Source of the DNA: Pristiophorus japonicus
Lineage: Eukaryota
Length of the DNA stretch: 64,000 nt
Assembly: GCF_044704955.1 (NCBI RefSeq)
Contig: NC_091999.1
Span: 10,726,001-10,790,000, forward strand
Reading direction: 5' to 3'
This document shows positions 52,398-64,000 of the stretch, piece by piece (position 1 is the stretch's first letter; each line of letters starts with the position of its first letter). The position numbers were made by a program, and so were the translations under genes. The notes below the pieces were generated by a model, which did not search any database, was not told where the DNA came from, and worked only from the letters and a program-made list of their open reading frames with translations.

Positions 52398-52416
52398 TGC
52401 GAACCAGAGGGCGCTC
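52398..52416 (+). promoter_or_regulatory. RSS-associated CTCF-binding element
   Basis: TGCGAACCAGAGGGCGCTC, 21 bp beyond the nonamer. Confidence 0.68.
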
Positions 52417-52689
52417 TCACACCGATAATCAGAAGCAATAATTCAGCCTGCTCAGTCATTATCACAGGGAGATTCTTTAAAGCCGACAAAACTAAACCAA
52501 CGACGAGTCTGCCATTCGGCTTCTGTCTTCATGACAGCGTCGGAGTGACACAATCTCCATGATTTAGGTCTTAAAATACATGTTCCATCGGGGAAAGAAC
52601 AAACCATCGAGTGTTTGCAAATCAGAACCTAAAAATGTTGCAAATTAGAGATAGGAGGAAACGTGTTTCATGCAGAATCATCAGTGCCA

Positions 52690-53000
52690 TCGATTTACCA
52701 ATAATAACACCTGGGTCACAACAGCCCGGGGGAGGATGGACTTTTTTCTGGGACTGCAATATCACTGCGAAGTGATATAATGATGAGGAACGGTGCGAGA
52801 CGGTTTCGCATGATGCCTCTGAGTCTGGATTTCTGCAGTCTGCGGAATTCACATTCGGAGCAGAAATAAAGATGTTCGCCCAACTGCATTGTTAATCCAA
52901 CCAATGTTAAACAAGAAACGGCGGGAGCAATATCTCCAGTAATTCAGGGCAGGCATGGTGGGTCAGAGTGTATGGAGCAAATGTAAGCTGTGAGTGGAGC
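52690..53000 (-). pseudogene. Orphan promoter + leader (52811-52766) of the 50276 family, no V exon
   Basis: MRNRLAPFLIIISLR|gtgata with homologous intron start; no V exon follows. Confidence 0.7.
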
Positions 53001-53099
53001 TGGTAAAGTGGGAGGGAGAATAAATAAATAGTCACCTGACCCCTGCGTCTGATCCATCTGCACCTCATCTCATCCCATTCTGCTGAAACATGTCAGTCA

Positions 53100-54100
53100 T
53101 AGAAACATAAAACATAGATACAGAGAAAATAGATGCAGGAGTAGGCCATTCGGCCCTTCGAGCCTGCACCACCATTCAATGAGTTTATGGCTGAACATGC
53201 CACTTCATTACCCCATTGCTGCTTTCTTGCCATAGCCATTGATTCCCGTAGTAGTAAGGACTACATCGAAGTCCTTTTTTAATATATTCAGTGAATTGGC
53301 CTCAACAGATTTCTGTGATAGAGAATTCCACAGGTTCACCACGCTCTGGATGAAGAAGTTTCTCCTCATCTCGGTCCTAAATGGTTTACCCCTTATCCTT
53401 CGACTGGGGCCCCTGGTTCTGGACTTCCTCAACATTGGGAACATTCTTCCTGCATCTAACCTGTCTAAACCTGTCAGAATTTTAACGTTTCTATGAGATC
53501 CCCTCTCATTCTTCTGAACCCCAGTGAATACAAGCCTAGTTGATCCAGTCTTTCTTGATATGTCAGTCCCGCCATGCCGGGAATCAGTCTGGTGAACCTT
53601 CGCTGCACTCCCCCAATAACAAGAAAGTCCTTCCTCAAGTTAGGAGACCACAACTGTACACAATACTCCAGGTGTGGCCTCACCGAGGCCCTGTACAACT
53701 GTAGCAACACCTCCCTGCACCTCTACTCAAATCCCCTCGTTATGAAGGCCAACATGCCATTTGCTTTCTTAAATGCCAGCTGTACTTGCATGCCAACCTT
53801 CAATGGTTGATCTACCATGACACCCAGATCTCGTTGCACGTCCCCTTTTCCTAATCTGTCACAATTCAGATCATAGTCTGTCTCTCTCTTTTTACCACCA
53901 AAGTGGATAACCTCAGATTTATCCACATTATACTTCATCAGCCATGAATTTACCCACTCACTTAACCTATCCAAGTCACTCTGCAGCCTCATAGCATCCT
54001 CCTCGCAGCTCACACTGCCACTCAACTTAGTGCCATCCGCAAATTTGGAGATACTACATTTAATCCCCTCGTCTAAATCATTAACGTGCAATGTAAACAT
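53100..54100 (-). mobile_element. CR1 LINE 3' part
   Basis: ORFs 53208, 53474 and 53723 (KFADGTKL, HLEYCVQLWSP). Confidence 0.9.
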
Positions 54101-54714
54101 TATTCCCAATTTCATTCATATAACAGGTGGCATTTTTATAATTTACCATATCGTTGTGTTCAAATAACCCAGGACCGGCTTGCTGTCTTTATTAACCTTT
54201 ATATCACCAGTGGGTAGATCTAATGGTCAGTGAGCAGCTCCTGCAGTTGGAGCCCCTTCTGATACGTGTACAACAGTAACTGTTTCCCTTTCCTGCCCCA
54301 AATTGATGGATTGCACCAGATTAGAGAATTGAGACGCCGTTGCATCTGAAAACAGTGAGCGATTTGCTGTCGAAACAACGTGAAATTTATATTTCTATCC
54401 GTTCAAGGACCTGTACTCATCAGTTCAAGGCGGCAGCAAATAGATTGCACCGAGGGAATGTGGCTGTGCTGATTGTGTCCAGAAAGGGAAGCAAGATATG
54501 AAAAACAACCTATGACTCAGGAATGAGTGCGTGCAGCTTGTTATATGATCTTCTGGAATTGTTTGACGGATTGTTAAAAGTGTTGGCGCATTGCTGAGAT
54601 GGAAGGAATCCAATTCTGGAATAGTTTGCATCGAGTCTGTTCCTCATTCATCTCAAAATATTGACAACTGAACATACATAAATATCCTCCTCAAGATATC
54701 AAGCATTGTGTGCC

Positions 54715-55005
54715 CGTCTGTGTTTATTCTGGTATGTGTGTCTGTGTGTGTTTGAGCGTGTGTCTATGTATTTTTCTCTGTTTCTGTGCATTTCTGAGTG
54801 TGAGTGTGTGTGTGTGTGTGTGTGCCTATGAGTGTGTGCGGGAGAGAGAGAATGTGGTTGTGTGTTTGAGTGTGTGAATGGGTGTGCATGTGTGCCTGTG
54901 TGTGTTTGCGTGTGTGTGTATGTCTATGTGTATGAGTTTGTGTGTGTGTCTGCGTGTGTGTGTGTGTTTGAGTGTTCCTGTGGCTGTGCCTGTGGTAATG
55001 TGTTT
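54715..55005. repeat. (TG)n degenerate microsatellite
   Basis: Visible dinucleotide repeat. Confidence 0.85.
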
Positions 55006-55244
55006 TTTCCTCCAATGCTCTGCATGATGCTTGTATTTGACAGAAGGGTGCGCATCTGATTACTTGTTAAAGAACTAGCATCTCAAGCAAAGTACAAATA
55101 AATATACGTCAATAAGCTCCAAATATGTCAAACATTGTGTGTATTTTTGTTAATGTTGGTATGTGTGTGTAACCTATATTATTATGACTGCAACTATTAA
55201 TGGGACGCATTGACGGCAGGAATGTCTTCACTTATTACCTTAAA

Positions 55245-58200
55245 AACATAGAAACATAGAAAATAGGTGCAGGAGCAGACTATTCGGCCCCTCGAGCCGA
55301 CCACTCCTTTCAATATGATCACGGCTGATCATTCAGCCACTGTACTCAACCCCAGCCTTCTCTCCATACGCCCTGATCCATTTAGCCGTAAGGATCTAAT
55401 TCCCTTTTGAATAGGTCCAATGAACTAGACTCAACAAACGACTGTGGCAGAGAATTTCACAGGTTCACAACTCTTTCGATGAAACAGTTTCTCCTCATCT
55501 CGTCCTATGAGGCTTACCCCTTATCCTTAGACTGTGTGCACTGGTTCTGGACTTCCCCAACATCGGGAACATTCTTCCTGCATCTAACCTGTCCAGTCCC
55601 GTCAGAATTCTTTATGTTTATAAATTCCAGTGAGTATAAGCCTAGCCGATCCAATCTTTCCTCATATGTTAGCCATCCCGGGAATCAGTTTGGTTAATCT
55701 TCGCTGCACTCCCTCAAAGGCAAGCACGTCCTTCCTCAGATTAGGAGACCAAAACTGCACACAATACTCAATGTGTGACCCCACCAATGCCCTATACAAC
55801 TGCAGTAAGACCTCCCTGCTCTTATACTCAAATCCTCTCGCTATGAAGGCCAGTATGCCATTTTCTTTCTTCACCGCCTGCTGTACCTGCATGCCTACCT
55901 TCAATGACTGAAGTACCATGACATCCAGGTCTAGTTGCATCTCTCCTTTCACTAATCTGTCACCATTGAGATAATAATCTGCCTTCCATTTTTTGCCAGC
56001 AAAGTACATAACCTCACATTTATCCGCATTATACTGCATCCGCCATGCATTTGCCCATTAACCTAACCTGACCAAATGCCCCTGGAGCCTCTTAGCATTC
56101 TCCTCGCAGCTCGCACTGCCACCCAGCTTAGATTCATCTGCAAACGTTGAGATATTACATTCAATTCCTTCGTGCAGTTCATTAATGCATTTTGTAATTG
56201 CTGGGCTCCCATCACTGAAACCTGCGGCCCCCCACTCGGCACTGCCTGCCATTCTGGCAAGGAACTGTTTATTCCCATTCTTTGCTTCCTGTCTGCCAAC
56301 CATTTCTGTATCCACTGCAATAAATTATCCCCAATACCATGTGCCTTAATTTTGCACACGACTCTCTTGTGTGGGGCTTTGTCAAAAACCATTTGAAATT
56401 CCAAATACACCACATCTACTGGTTCTCCCTTATCTACTCAACTGGTTACATCCTCAAAAACCTCTACAAAATTTGTCAAGCATGTTTTCCCTTTCATAAA
56501 TTCATGCTGTCTTGGACGGATCCTGTCACTGCTTTCCAAATTCGCTGCTATTACATCTTTAATAATTGACTCCAGCATTTTCCCCACCACCGATGTCATG
56601 TTAACTGGTCTATAATTCCCTATTTGCTCTCTCCCTCCTTTTTTAAAAATTGAGTTGATATTAGCTACCCTCCAATCCATTGGAACTGATCCAGACTCCA
56701 TGGAATATTGCAAAATGCATTTAATATTTCCAGGACAACTTCCTTAAGTACTCTGTGATGCACACTATCAGCCCCCGGGGAATTTATCGCCCTTCAGTCC
56801 CTTCAATTTCCCTAACTCCATTTCCTGTATAATAAAGATTTCCCTCAGTTCCCCCTTCTCGCTAGACCCTCGGTCCCCTAGTATTTTAAGGGCGTTATTC
56901 GTTCTTTCATTAGTGAAGACAGAAACAATGTAATTGTTTAATTGGTCTGCCATTTCCTTGTTCCCCATTATGAATTCATCTGATTCTGACCGCAAGGGAC
57001 CCTCATTAGTCTTTACTCAACTTTTTCTCTTCACGTATCTTTTGACGCTTTTGCAGTCAATTTTATGTTCACTGCAAGCTTACACTATTTTCCCCCTCGG
57101 AATTAAACCGTTATTCCTCCTCTGCTGAATTCTAAATTTTTCCCAGTCCTCAGGTTTGCTGCTTTTTCTGGCCAATTTGTATACCTCTTCCTTGGATTTA
57201 ACACTTTCCCTAATTTCCGTTGTTAGCAACGTTTGAGCCACCTTCCCCGTTTTAATTTTACTCCAGACATGGAAGTAAAATTGTTGTAGTTCTTCCATGT
57301 GATCTTTAAATGCCGGCCATTGCCTTTCCAGCTTTAAATATCATTCGCCAGTCTATCGTAGCCAATTCACGTCTCATACCGTCGAAGTTTCCATTCTTTA
57401 ATTTCAGGACACTATTCTCTGAATTAACTGTGTCACTCTCCATCTTAATGAAGAATTCAAGCATTTTATGGTCACTCTTCCCCAAGGGGCCTTGCACGAT
57501 CAAATTGTTAATTAATCCTCTCTCGTTACACAAGACCCAGTCGAGATGGCCTGCTCGCTGGTTGGTTCCTCAACATAATCGTCTAGAAAACCATGTCTTT
57601 TACACTCCAGGAACTCCTCCTCCACAATATTGCTGCCAGTTTGGTTACCCCAAGATTAAGGTCACCCATGATAGCTGCTGTATCCTAATTGCACACTTCC
57701 CAAATTTCCTGTTTCATGCTGACCCCAATCTCCCTACTACTGTTTGGTTGTCTGTACACAACTTCCACGAACGTTTTCTCCCCTTTGGTATTTCGCAGCT
57801 CTACCCATATAGATTCCACATCATCCCTGCTAATGTCCTGCCTTACTGTTGCGTTAATTGCATCTTCAACCTGTAACGCTACCCGCCCCCCACTCCTTTT
57901 CCTTCTGTCTATCCTTCCTGAATATTAAATACCCCTGGATGTTGAGTTCCAAACCTTATTTACCCTAGAGCCATGTCTCCGTAACCCCAATTACATCATA
58001 TCCGTTAACAGCTATCTGCGCAGTTAATTCATCCACCTTATTACGAATGCTCCTCGCATTGAGACTCAGAGCCTTCAGGCTTGTTTTTTTAACACTCTTT
58101 GTCCTTTTAGAATTATGTTGTAATCTGGCCCTTTATGCTTTTTGACCTTGATTTGATTGCTTCCACTCTTGTTTTTCTCCTTCCTACCTTTTGCTTCTGC

Positions 58201-58650
58201 CCGCTTTTGACTTCCCTCTGCCTCCCTGCATTGATTCCCATCCCCCTGCCATTTTAGTTTAACCCTCCCCAACAGCACTATCAAACATTCCACCGAGGAC
58301 ATCGGTTCCAGTCCTGCCCAGGTGCAGACCGTCAGGTTTGTACTGGTCCCACCTCCCCCAGAACTGGTTCCAATGTCGCAGAAATCTGAATCCCTCACCG
58401 TTGCACCCTTCCTCAAGCCACATATTCATTTGAGCTATCCTGCGATTTCTACTCTGACGAGCACATGGCGCTGGTAGCAATCCTGAGATTACTTCCTTTG
58501 AGGTCATACTTTTAAATTTATCTCCTAGCTCCCAAAATTCAGCTGATCCCGTTTGTTATCTATATGGTTGGTACCTATATGCACCACGACAGCTGGCTGT
58601 TCACCCTCCCCTCCAGAATGCGCTGCATCCGCTCCGAGACATCCTTGACC
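55245..58650 (-). mobile_element. Long decayed CR1 LINE with ORF1 esterase, endonuclease and RT remnants
   Basis: VVVHIGTNHI and WDQYKPDGLHL (SGNH-esterase ORF1), LGKSDH (APE), RT motifs, CATAGAAA tail. Confidence 0.9.
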
Positions 58651-58938
58651 TATTGTCTCCGGCTCCATATTGAGAGCGCGGCAGAGGTAGAATGCATGTA
58701 AAAGACAGAGAGAAGGAGACCGAGAAGGTTGGCGAGAGAGATCCTGCAGCAATTGGTCACAACTAACATTCATTGGTGCAAAGCTGAATACAGTTCTGAG
58801 AGACCAGACAAGCCTTTCCGTGGGAAACACCACTCAGTTTGTCAATAAGTGAAGCCTGTCCTGATTTGGGTTTAATCTTTAATATTGCACATATTTAGAA
58901 CATTCTATTATTTTTTTTCGGATTCTAAACCAGACACC

Positions 58939-59414
58939 ATGTACTCCCCACGATCCTTATTGATAATAATGGTCGTAATGCCCGGTGAGTCTATGTTTAA
59001 ATGATCAGTGTATGATTCATGCTTTAAATTCACTCCCAGACTTAGGACGCATTCTGTATTTTGTAACAGGAATGAATGGCGAAGATTCAGTGTCACAGGA
59101 TCCGTCAGAATTAACGGTTCAGGAAGGACAGGCCATAATACTCAACTGCAGTTACTCCACATCCGAACCTATCCTTACCTCTTCTGGTATATCCATCATC
59201 CCGGGAAAATTCCGAGATATTTACTGAAGAGAGACGGCAAGCGGCAGCGGGATCAGTCTCCACATCTTCCAGACCGGATCTCTGCTGATTGGGACCAAGA
59301 CAAGAAATCGGTTTCATTAAATGTCTCCGGGTCTTTCCTCTCTGAATCCGCCGTATATTAATGTGTGCTGCGCCCCACACTGTTACAGAGATACAGTCAG
59401 CTCGTACAAAAAAA
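58939..59414 (+). pseudogene. TCR V pseudogene (family of 8260); frameshift + TAA; 23-RSS, no CTCF cassette
   Basis: Leader MYSPRSLLIIMVVMP|gtgagt; GMNGEDSVSQDPSELTVQEG..LNCSYS / LFWYIH..ESAVY*CVLRP; CACACTG(59376)-23-ACAAAAAAA. Confidence 0.9.
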
Positions 59415-59769
59415 CAGGAATAGATAATACTCTCAATTAATCAGATCTGTGATCGAGATTGTGAACTAACAATGAGACTTAAACCAAAATATACAGACTA
59501 GTTTCGTCAAATGACGAATTTCTCTGCTGTAGACTCTGTGAAATTCTATGTAAGCTGCTTCTAATGGTGAGTGAGCAGCTCTTTTAAATGGAACCTCCGT
59601 CACTGATACCAGCATAATATTAACTGTATCCCTTCACTGCCTCCACGACACATACTGACTTCGTTAAAAGGCAATATTGGGTTTAATTACCTGTTAAAGG
59701 ATCAACATTGGCTTTAATCCCCAGGCACTTCTCTGTTGTAAATATTTTACACTGCTTTCCCTGCTGACG

Positions 59770-59920
59770 CTTTGCAGAACAAATGAGCTGTGAGCTGATT
59801 GGATGAATTGGAGAACAAAGCACAGTGAGCAGATTGGTTGACTATGGGAACAAAGGGCTGTAAGATGATTGGATGAATTGGAGAACACAGGACAAGTGAG
59901 TTCATTGGATATCACCTGCG
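59770..59920 (+). promoter_or_regulatory. 35-bp tandem promoter repeat (ATTGG boxes, AACAAAG, terminal E-box CACCTG)
   Basis: Units start at 59790, 59825, 59860 and 59896. Confidence 0.6.
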
Positions 59921-60036
59921 AACTCTGTCAAGAACGATCCAGTCAGCAGAGAAGCCGGATATTAGTCAACCTCTGCCTACTCTTGACGAAAAACAATTTC
60001 AGGTTCAACCCGTTCTGTTGAAATCCGCAATCCAGC

Positions 60037-60980
60037 ATGTTGGATGTTACTTTTTATTTGTTCGTCACATCTACAACTCTCTTAACTGGTAAGTTCACAA
60101 TTTGCACAATACTGTGTTGCACATCTGCATTATCCATTATATTTAATCGGTCACTATCCTAAACAGAAGAATATCAATAGATTGATCTGAAGTGAAGATG
60201 AACATTAGGATTCTCCTTGACTCACCGCTGAGAACTGTTTGGGAAAACTCGCCAAAATCTCCCAATGAATGAAAGCGCTTGAGTTCAGATGAGATTACAG
60301 GCTAGTGACAGGCAGATTCATCAGGCCCGCCAGGACCAATGATGGACTTTGACAGACACTGGGGTCTTAAACCCGCAGACCATTTGCAGTTTTACCTTCA
60401 CATCACAAGATATGAAGGAGAGGAACTGATCCCGCTGAAGGTTCATAAAGGGAAGATTTATTCAGCCGATGCACGCACCTTCCCGAAGCAGCCTTTGAGT
60501 TGTGTGGAAATATAATTCTGGTTAATTGCCCAGAGTTACTTCTCAGGCAAGTGTTGGGGGTGACGGAATCATTATGGGTGATAGACACAATGAAGTGACA
60601 CTGTTTAATTTAGTATCACTCTGGGCTCTTGCAGGACATTGTCGAGGAGACTCCGTTTCACAGACACCGGCTGGAAGGAGAGTAAGTGAAGGAGACGAGG
60701 TTCAGTTGCACTGTAATTACACAGCTACAAGCGGGAGCGCTGCTGACCTATTCTGGTACCGTCAGTATCCCAGCGGATCAATAGAATATCTGCTGCACAT
60801 TAACAAATATACCGAGCAAAAAGTGAGACCTCCAGGGGACCGTTTTTCAGCGAAGCTCAATGATTTGAGACGAACCGTCCCACTGAATGTGTCTGAAACA
60901 CAATTGACAGATTCCGCGGTGTATTACTGCGCACTGAGCCCCACAGAGACACGGCGCAGGGCTGGACATGTACAAAAACT
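60037..60980 (+). CDS. TCR alpha/delta V segment with intact V exon 60635-60941 and RSS 60942-60980; probable leader 60037-60088
   Basis: MLDVTFYLFVTSTTLLT-G|gtaagt is in phase with ttgcag|GA: GHCRGDSVSQTP..LHCNYT..LFWYRQYP..DSAVYYCALSP; CACAGAG-23-ACAAAAACT. Confidence 0.85.
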
Positions 60981-61159
60981 GTCAGAGCGTCGCTCAACTT
61001 ATCAGCCCATCAGGGGAACATTGTGACCAGGGGCAAGTCTGAGATTGGCACTGTATTTTTGATTCGGTATTTTACTACGAATTCTCATCTGCAGTCACGT
61101 TTACTGATAAACAATACAGCCTATTGGTACATAAGTGAAAGGGAAGGCAAGAAAGCAAG

Positions 61160-61560
61160 AAGAAATATATTGCATTTATACAACATCTTTCACGACCTCG
61201 GGCCGCCGGAAGCCTTTTACAATGATTCCACTATATTTTAATCGTGCAGTCACTGTTGTAATGTAGGAAACATGGCAGCCAATCGGTGCATAGCAAGATC
61301 ACATATTGAGCAATATTTAATGATAGTCTGGTTTTAGTGATGTTGATTGAGGGATAAATATTGAACAGGACACAGGGGAGTACGCCTCTGCCCTTTTTCG
61401 TAATAGTGGCATTGGGTTATTTTACAAATACCTGAGAGAGCAGACGGCATTAACATCTCATGCGAAATAATTCTGTATTCCCCGACTTATGCATTGAAGT
61501 ATCAGCCGAGATGATATGCTCAAGTCTCTGTACTGAGCCATGAACCCTCAACAGCTAACA
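61160..61560 (-). mobile_element. DeuSINE-type (SacSINE-like) SINE remnant
   Basis: TTGCATTTATA..CTTTCACGACCTC..GTCACTGTTGTAATGTAGGAAAC resembles this family (recognised from memory, not searched). Confidence 0.55.
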
Positions 61561-61630
61561 CCGAACACATTCAGATTCGACCTTGTTTAGTAACTCTAGC
61601 ACGTCGGTATCTTTAGTAATAATAAATATT

Positions 61631-61672
<42 letters not shown>

Positions 61673-62234
61673 ATGCAGATCGATGAGTGAAATTACATTA
61701 TGGTGGGAACCTGGCTGACAACAGACAGGCAGATTTAAAACGGCCTCTATGGGCCTCGGTTCCTGTCACTGAGCAGGGCAACAAGTTTGTATCAGGGTTA
61801 CCTCAATGCAACAACACACAGAAAGGAATCACTGGAATCGGGAAATGCAACCATAAATGTTACAGTAAAATGAAGCTAATGCTCTCGATGAGTCGTCAAT
61901 GGCCAGCATAAAATAAACCAACACTCAATAAAGTCATTGGCTCAGGTCTGGTGAATATAATCCCACAATTAAGCAAAGCTCAAGTTTTCCTCACAATAAA
62001 GTCTGCAATAACTGGGCGACTGGCTCCACAGGTCGATTCTTTAGGATGTGCCTGCCAATATCTCTGATCAAATCCACGATCAACTGGGAATGATAGAGAC
62101 AAGCCTTGCCGAAACAATGCCTGTGGCAGCCCCGCCCACAGCTTCCATTTTCTGCTCTCGTTGTGAACCGCCTTGCCTGCCCTGTGTTTTTGGAGAGATT
62201 GCTGCAGCTGTTACGGAACTGTAAACAGGATGGA

Positions 62235-62679
62235 GGTTTCTGCAAAGTGACTGCTGCATTTCCTCTCAGTGTGTGACTCTATCGCACAATAATACACAGC
62301 GGTATCCGAGCACTTCGAGCGCTCAATTACCAATTGGACGCGTTTGTCCCCAGTGGAGTGATCCAAATCGGTCTGTGCTTCCTTTGCCATGCGATGCTCG
62401 CATTTTTACCCACTCGATTCGCTGACTAGATCTCTGTGTATACCAGTGCATGGCGTAAATGCTGGACGTGTCATAGCTGCAGTTTATCAACACTGATTCA
62501 CCCCTTCGGAATGTTATCGCAGCGGGAGACTGCAGCAATTGGTCCGAGAGACATCGACCTGTAAAAATATTCAGATAATAAAAAACTTGAGCAAAGCAAA
62601 TAAAAAGCACTGTGGGTTATTGAGCTCAGCTCCTGGACCTACATGTTAGGAGCAGCAGAATAACGAGTAATAGCTTCAC
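62235..62679 (-). pseudogene. TCR V pseudogene, inverted paralog of 13821
   Basis: ATG>GTG leader; CRCLSDQLLQSP..INCSYDTSSIYAMHWYTQ.. frameshift ..DTAVYYCAIE; CACACTG-23-GCAGAAACC. Confidence 0.88.
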
Positions 62680-62764
62680 TTGTACCGAGAAATACTTCGT
62701 TGGGAATGCAATGTGAAGAATAACGCGTCTCACAGCTCGCCTCAGAAGACTCCGAACCGAATCA

Positions 62765-64000
62765 AAGAGCTGCAGGTACCCATTTATGGAAGTGAGACAA
62801 TGGTTACAGCAATGGAAGGCAGAAGGGCCTGATTGGACAAATCCCGCGAGTTGTCGCATAAAAGGAGCAGGACCAGGTGGTGCCTGGATCCTGACCAGTC
62901 AGTTGATCGAGAACAGGGATAGACTGGGAAAGAATTGGAAAAGTTAAAAGGAAAATTGAAGAATCAGGACAGAGAAGCTAGTGTCACAGTCAGGAATGAT
63001 ACCTCAGTTCAGTTGCTGAGGTTGGGGTAGATTCCGCAGGTGAGGGAGGGTAACTATCGGGATGCCGCTCCTCGACTACACATGTCGTTTCTCTTGGACC
63101 CTTACTTCAGGAAATGGGTGGCCATGCCCTTATCGAGGCATGTGTGGAATGGCAGCGGGTGATTGACACAGGGTCTGTCAGACAAATGAAGGTTGAGGTG
63201 CTCCTGGAGGAAGGCAATTCCCCTCTTCAAAAGCAGTATGCCATCACCCCAGTTTCACAAAGAACAGTTACTGAACAGTCGGAGATGAAAGCAGAAGCTT
63301 GTTCAGAAGCATTTAAAGTTTGTGCAGTAAATGGCTGTCTCAGAACTGATGAGATGTTCAGTGAAAAGCTCAAATGTGGAAGTTATAATCATGCTCTTAA
63401 AGGATGCGAAATAGAAGTTTTGAGCGTTGCAAATGTCAAGAGAGGAAATTACAGTGGTTCCGAAGGGTGAACTGAGAGAAGGACTGGGACACTCGACTGA
63501 CTATTCAATATTTCCGTCATCCTTTACTCTGTGTTGTTACGCTTCTCTCACAAAGCAGAGAACATTGTTAAAAACTGTGCAGAGGGCAACAGACTTGGTC
63601 GAAGGCACCGATTGCGTGTTGACATTTCTGAATGCAAACAGCATGGAATTCAGTCGAAATCATCAAAAATTGAAAGTTGACGTTTAATTGAAAATGGATA
63701 TCGAGATCACAGACCACCGGACTTTAAAATGGCATACCGATAATTTGAATCTACAGCAACCATATTTTGACCCCAATCATGCTGCTATTTGGAAGAAGGA
63801 AATGTGGAAATTGAGTACAAGATTTCAACAGCTAAAGAGTTTGAATCAAGGAATCGTTGTGGACATTAACCATCACAGTACTCAAATCGAGAACGTTCGC
63901 ACAACTTTGGACCAGCATGGACATGTAAGCTGGTGGGCGTTATTGTTGGATGGCGCCCGATGGCAACAGGCGCGATGGACACAATGATACACCCTGACTT
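62765..64000 (+). mobile_element. Heavily deleted endogenous retrovirus/LTR-element remnant (gag-, protease-, pol- and env-like pieces)
   Basis: VIDTGS (aspartic protease motif), PLQKQYAI (RT N-terminus-like), coiled-coil + SWWALL env-TM-like ORF 63688..63987. Confidence 0.55.

Noticed and set aside
54764-55059. His/Thr- or Cys/Val-rich protein ORFs
   Set aside because: Translations of a (TG)n microsatellite
55245-58650. Active LINE or host esterase/RT gene
   Set aside because: Many frameshifts and stops; ordinary decayed CR1
1-64000. IgH-like V (TAILV), NAR-TCR V, or J/C segments
   Set aside because: No VH/NARV-type frameworks, no FGxG J segment with a 12-RSS and no C exon recognised in this window

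Overview
This is eukaryotic, non-microbial DNA. It is part of the germline V-segment array of a T-cell receptor alpha/delta (TRA/TRD) locus from a cartilaginous fish (shark/elasmobranch, inferred from the CR1/HER1-type LINEs, a DeuSINE-like element and a 67-bp minisatellite). I can trace about 25 V segments or V relics in both orientations, built as leader exon / short phase-1 intron / V exon / heptamer-23-nonamer RSS. Five look intact (8260+, 13821+, 24406-, 50276-, and 60635+, which apparently uses a borrowed leader). The rest are pseudogenes produced by direct and inverted segmental duplications. No D, J or C segments were seen. Main observations: (1) a conserved CTCF motif 21-23 bp beyond the RSS nonamer of four V genes, the architecture of mammalian IgH VH RSS-CBEs; (2) this RSS+CBE cassette appears to have been swapped between V families and usually has a 24-bp spacer; (3) an orphan near-consensus 23-RSS whose V body is lost right at the heptamer beside an inversion breakpoint, a possible germ-line RAG scar; (4) a V family lacking both Cys23 and Trp41; (5) a chimeric promoter/leader + V gene. 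All alignments were made by eye; boundaries of repeats and decayed relics are approximate.
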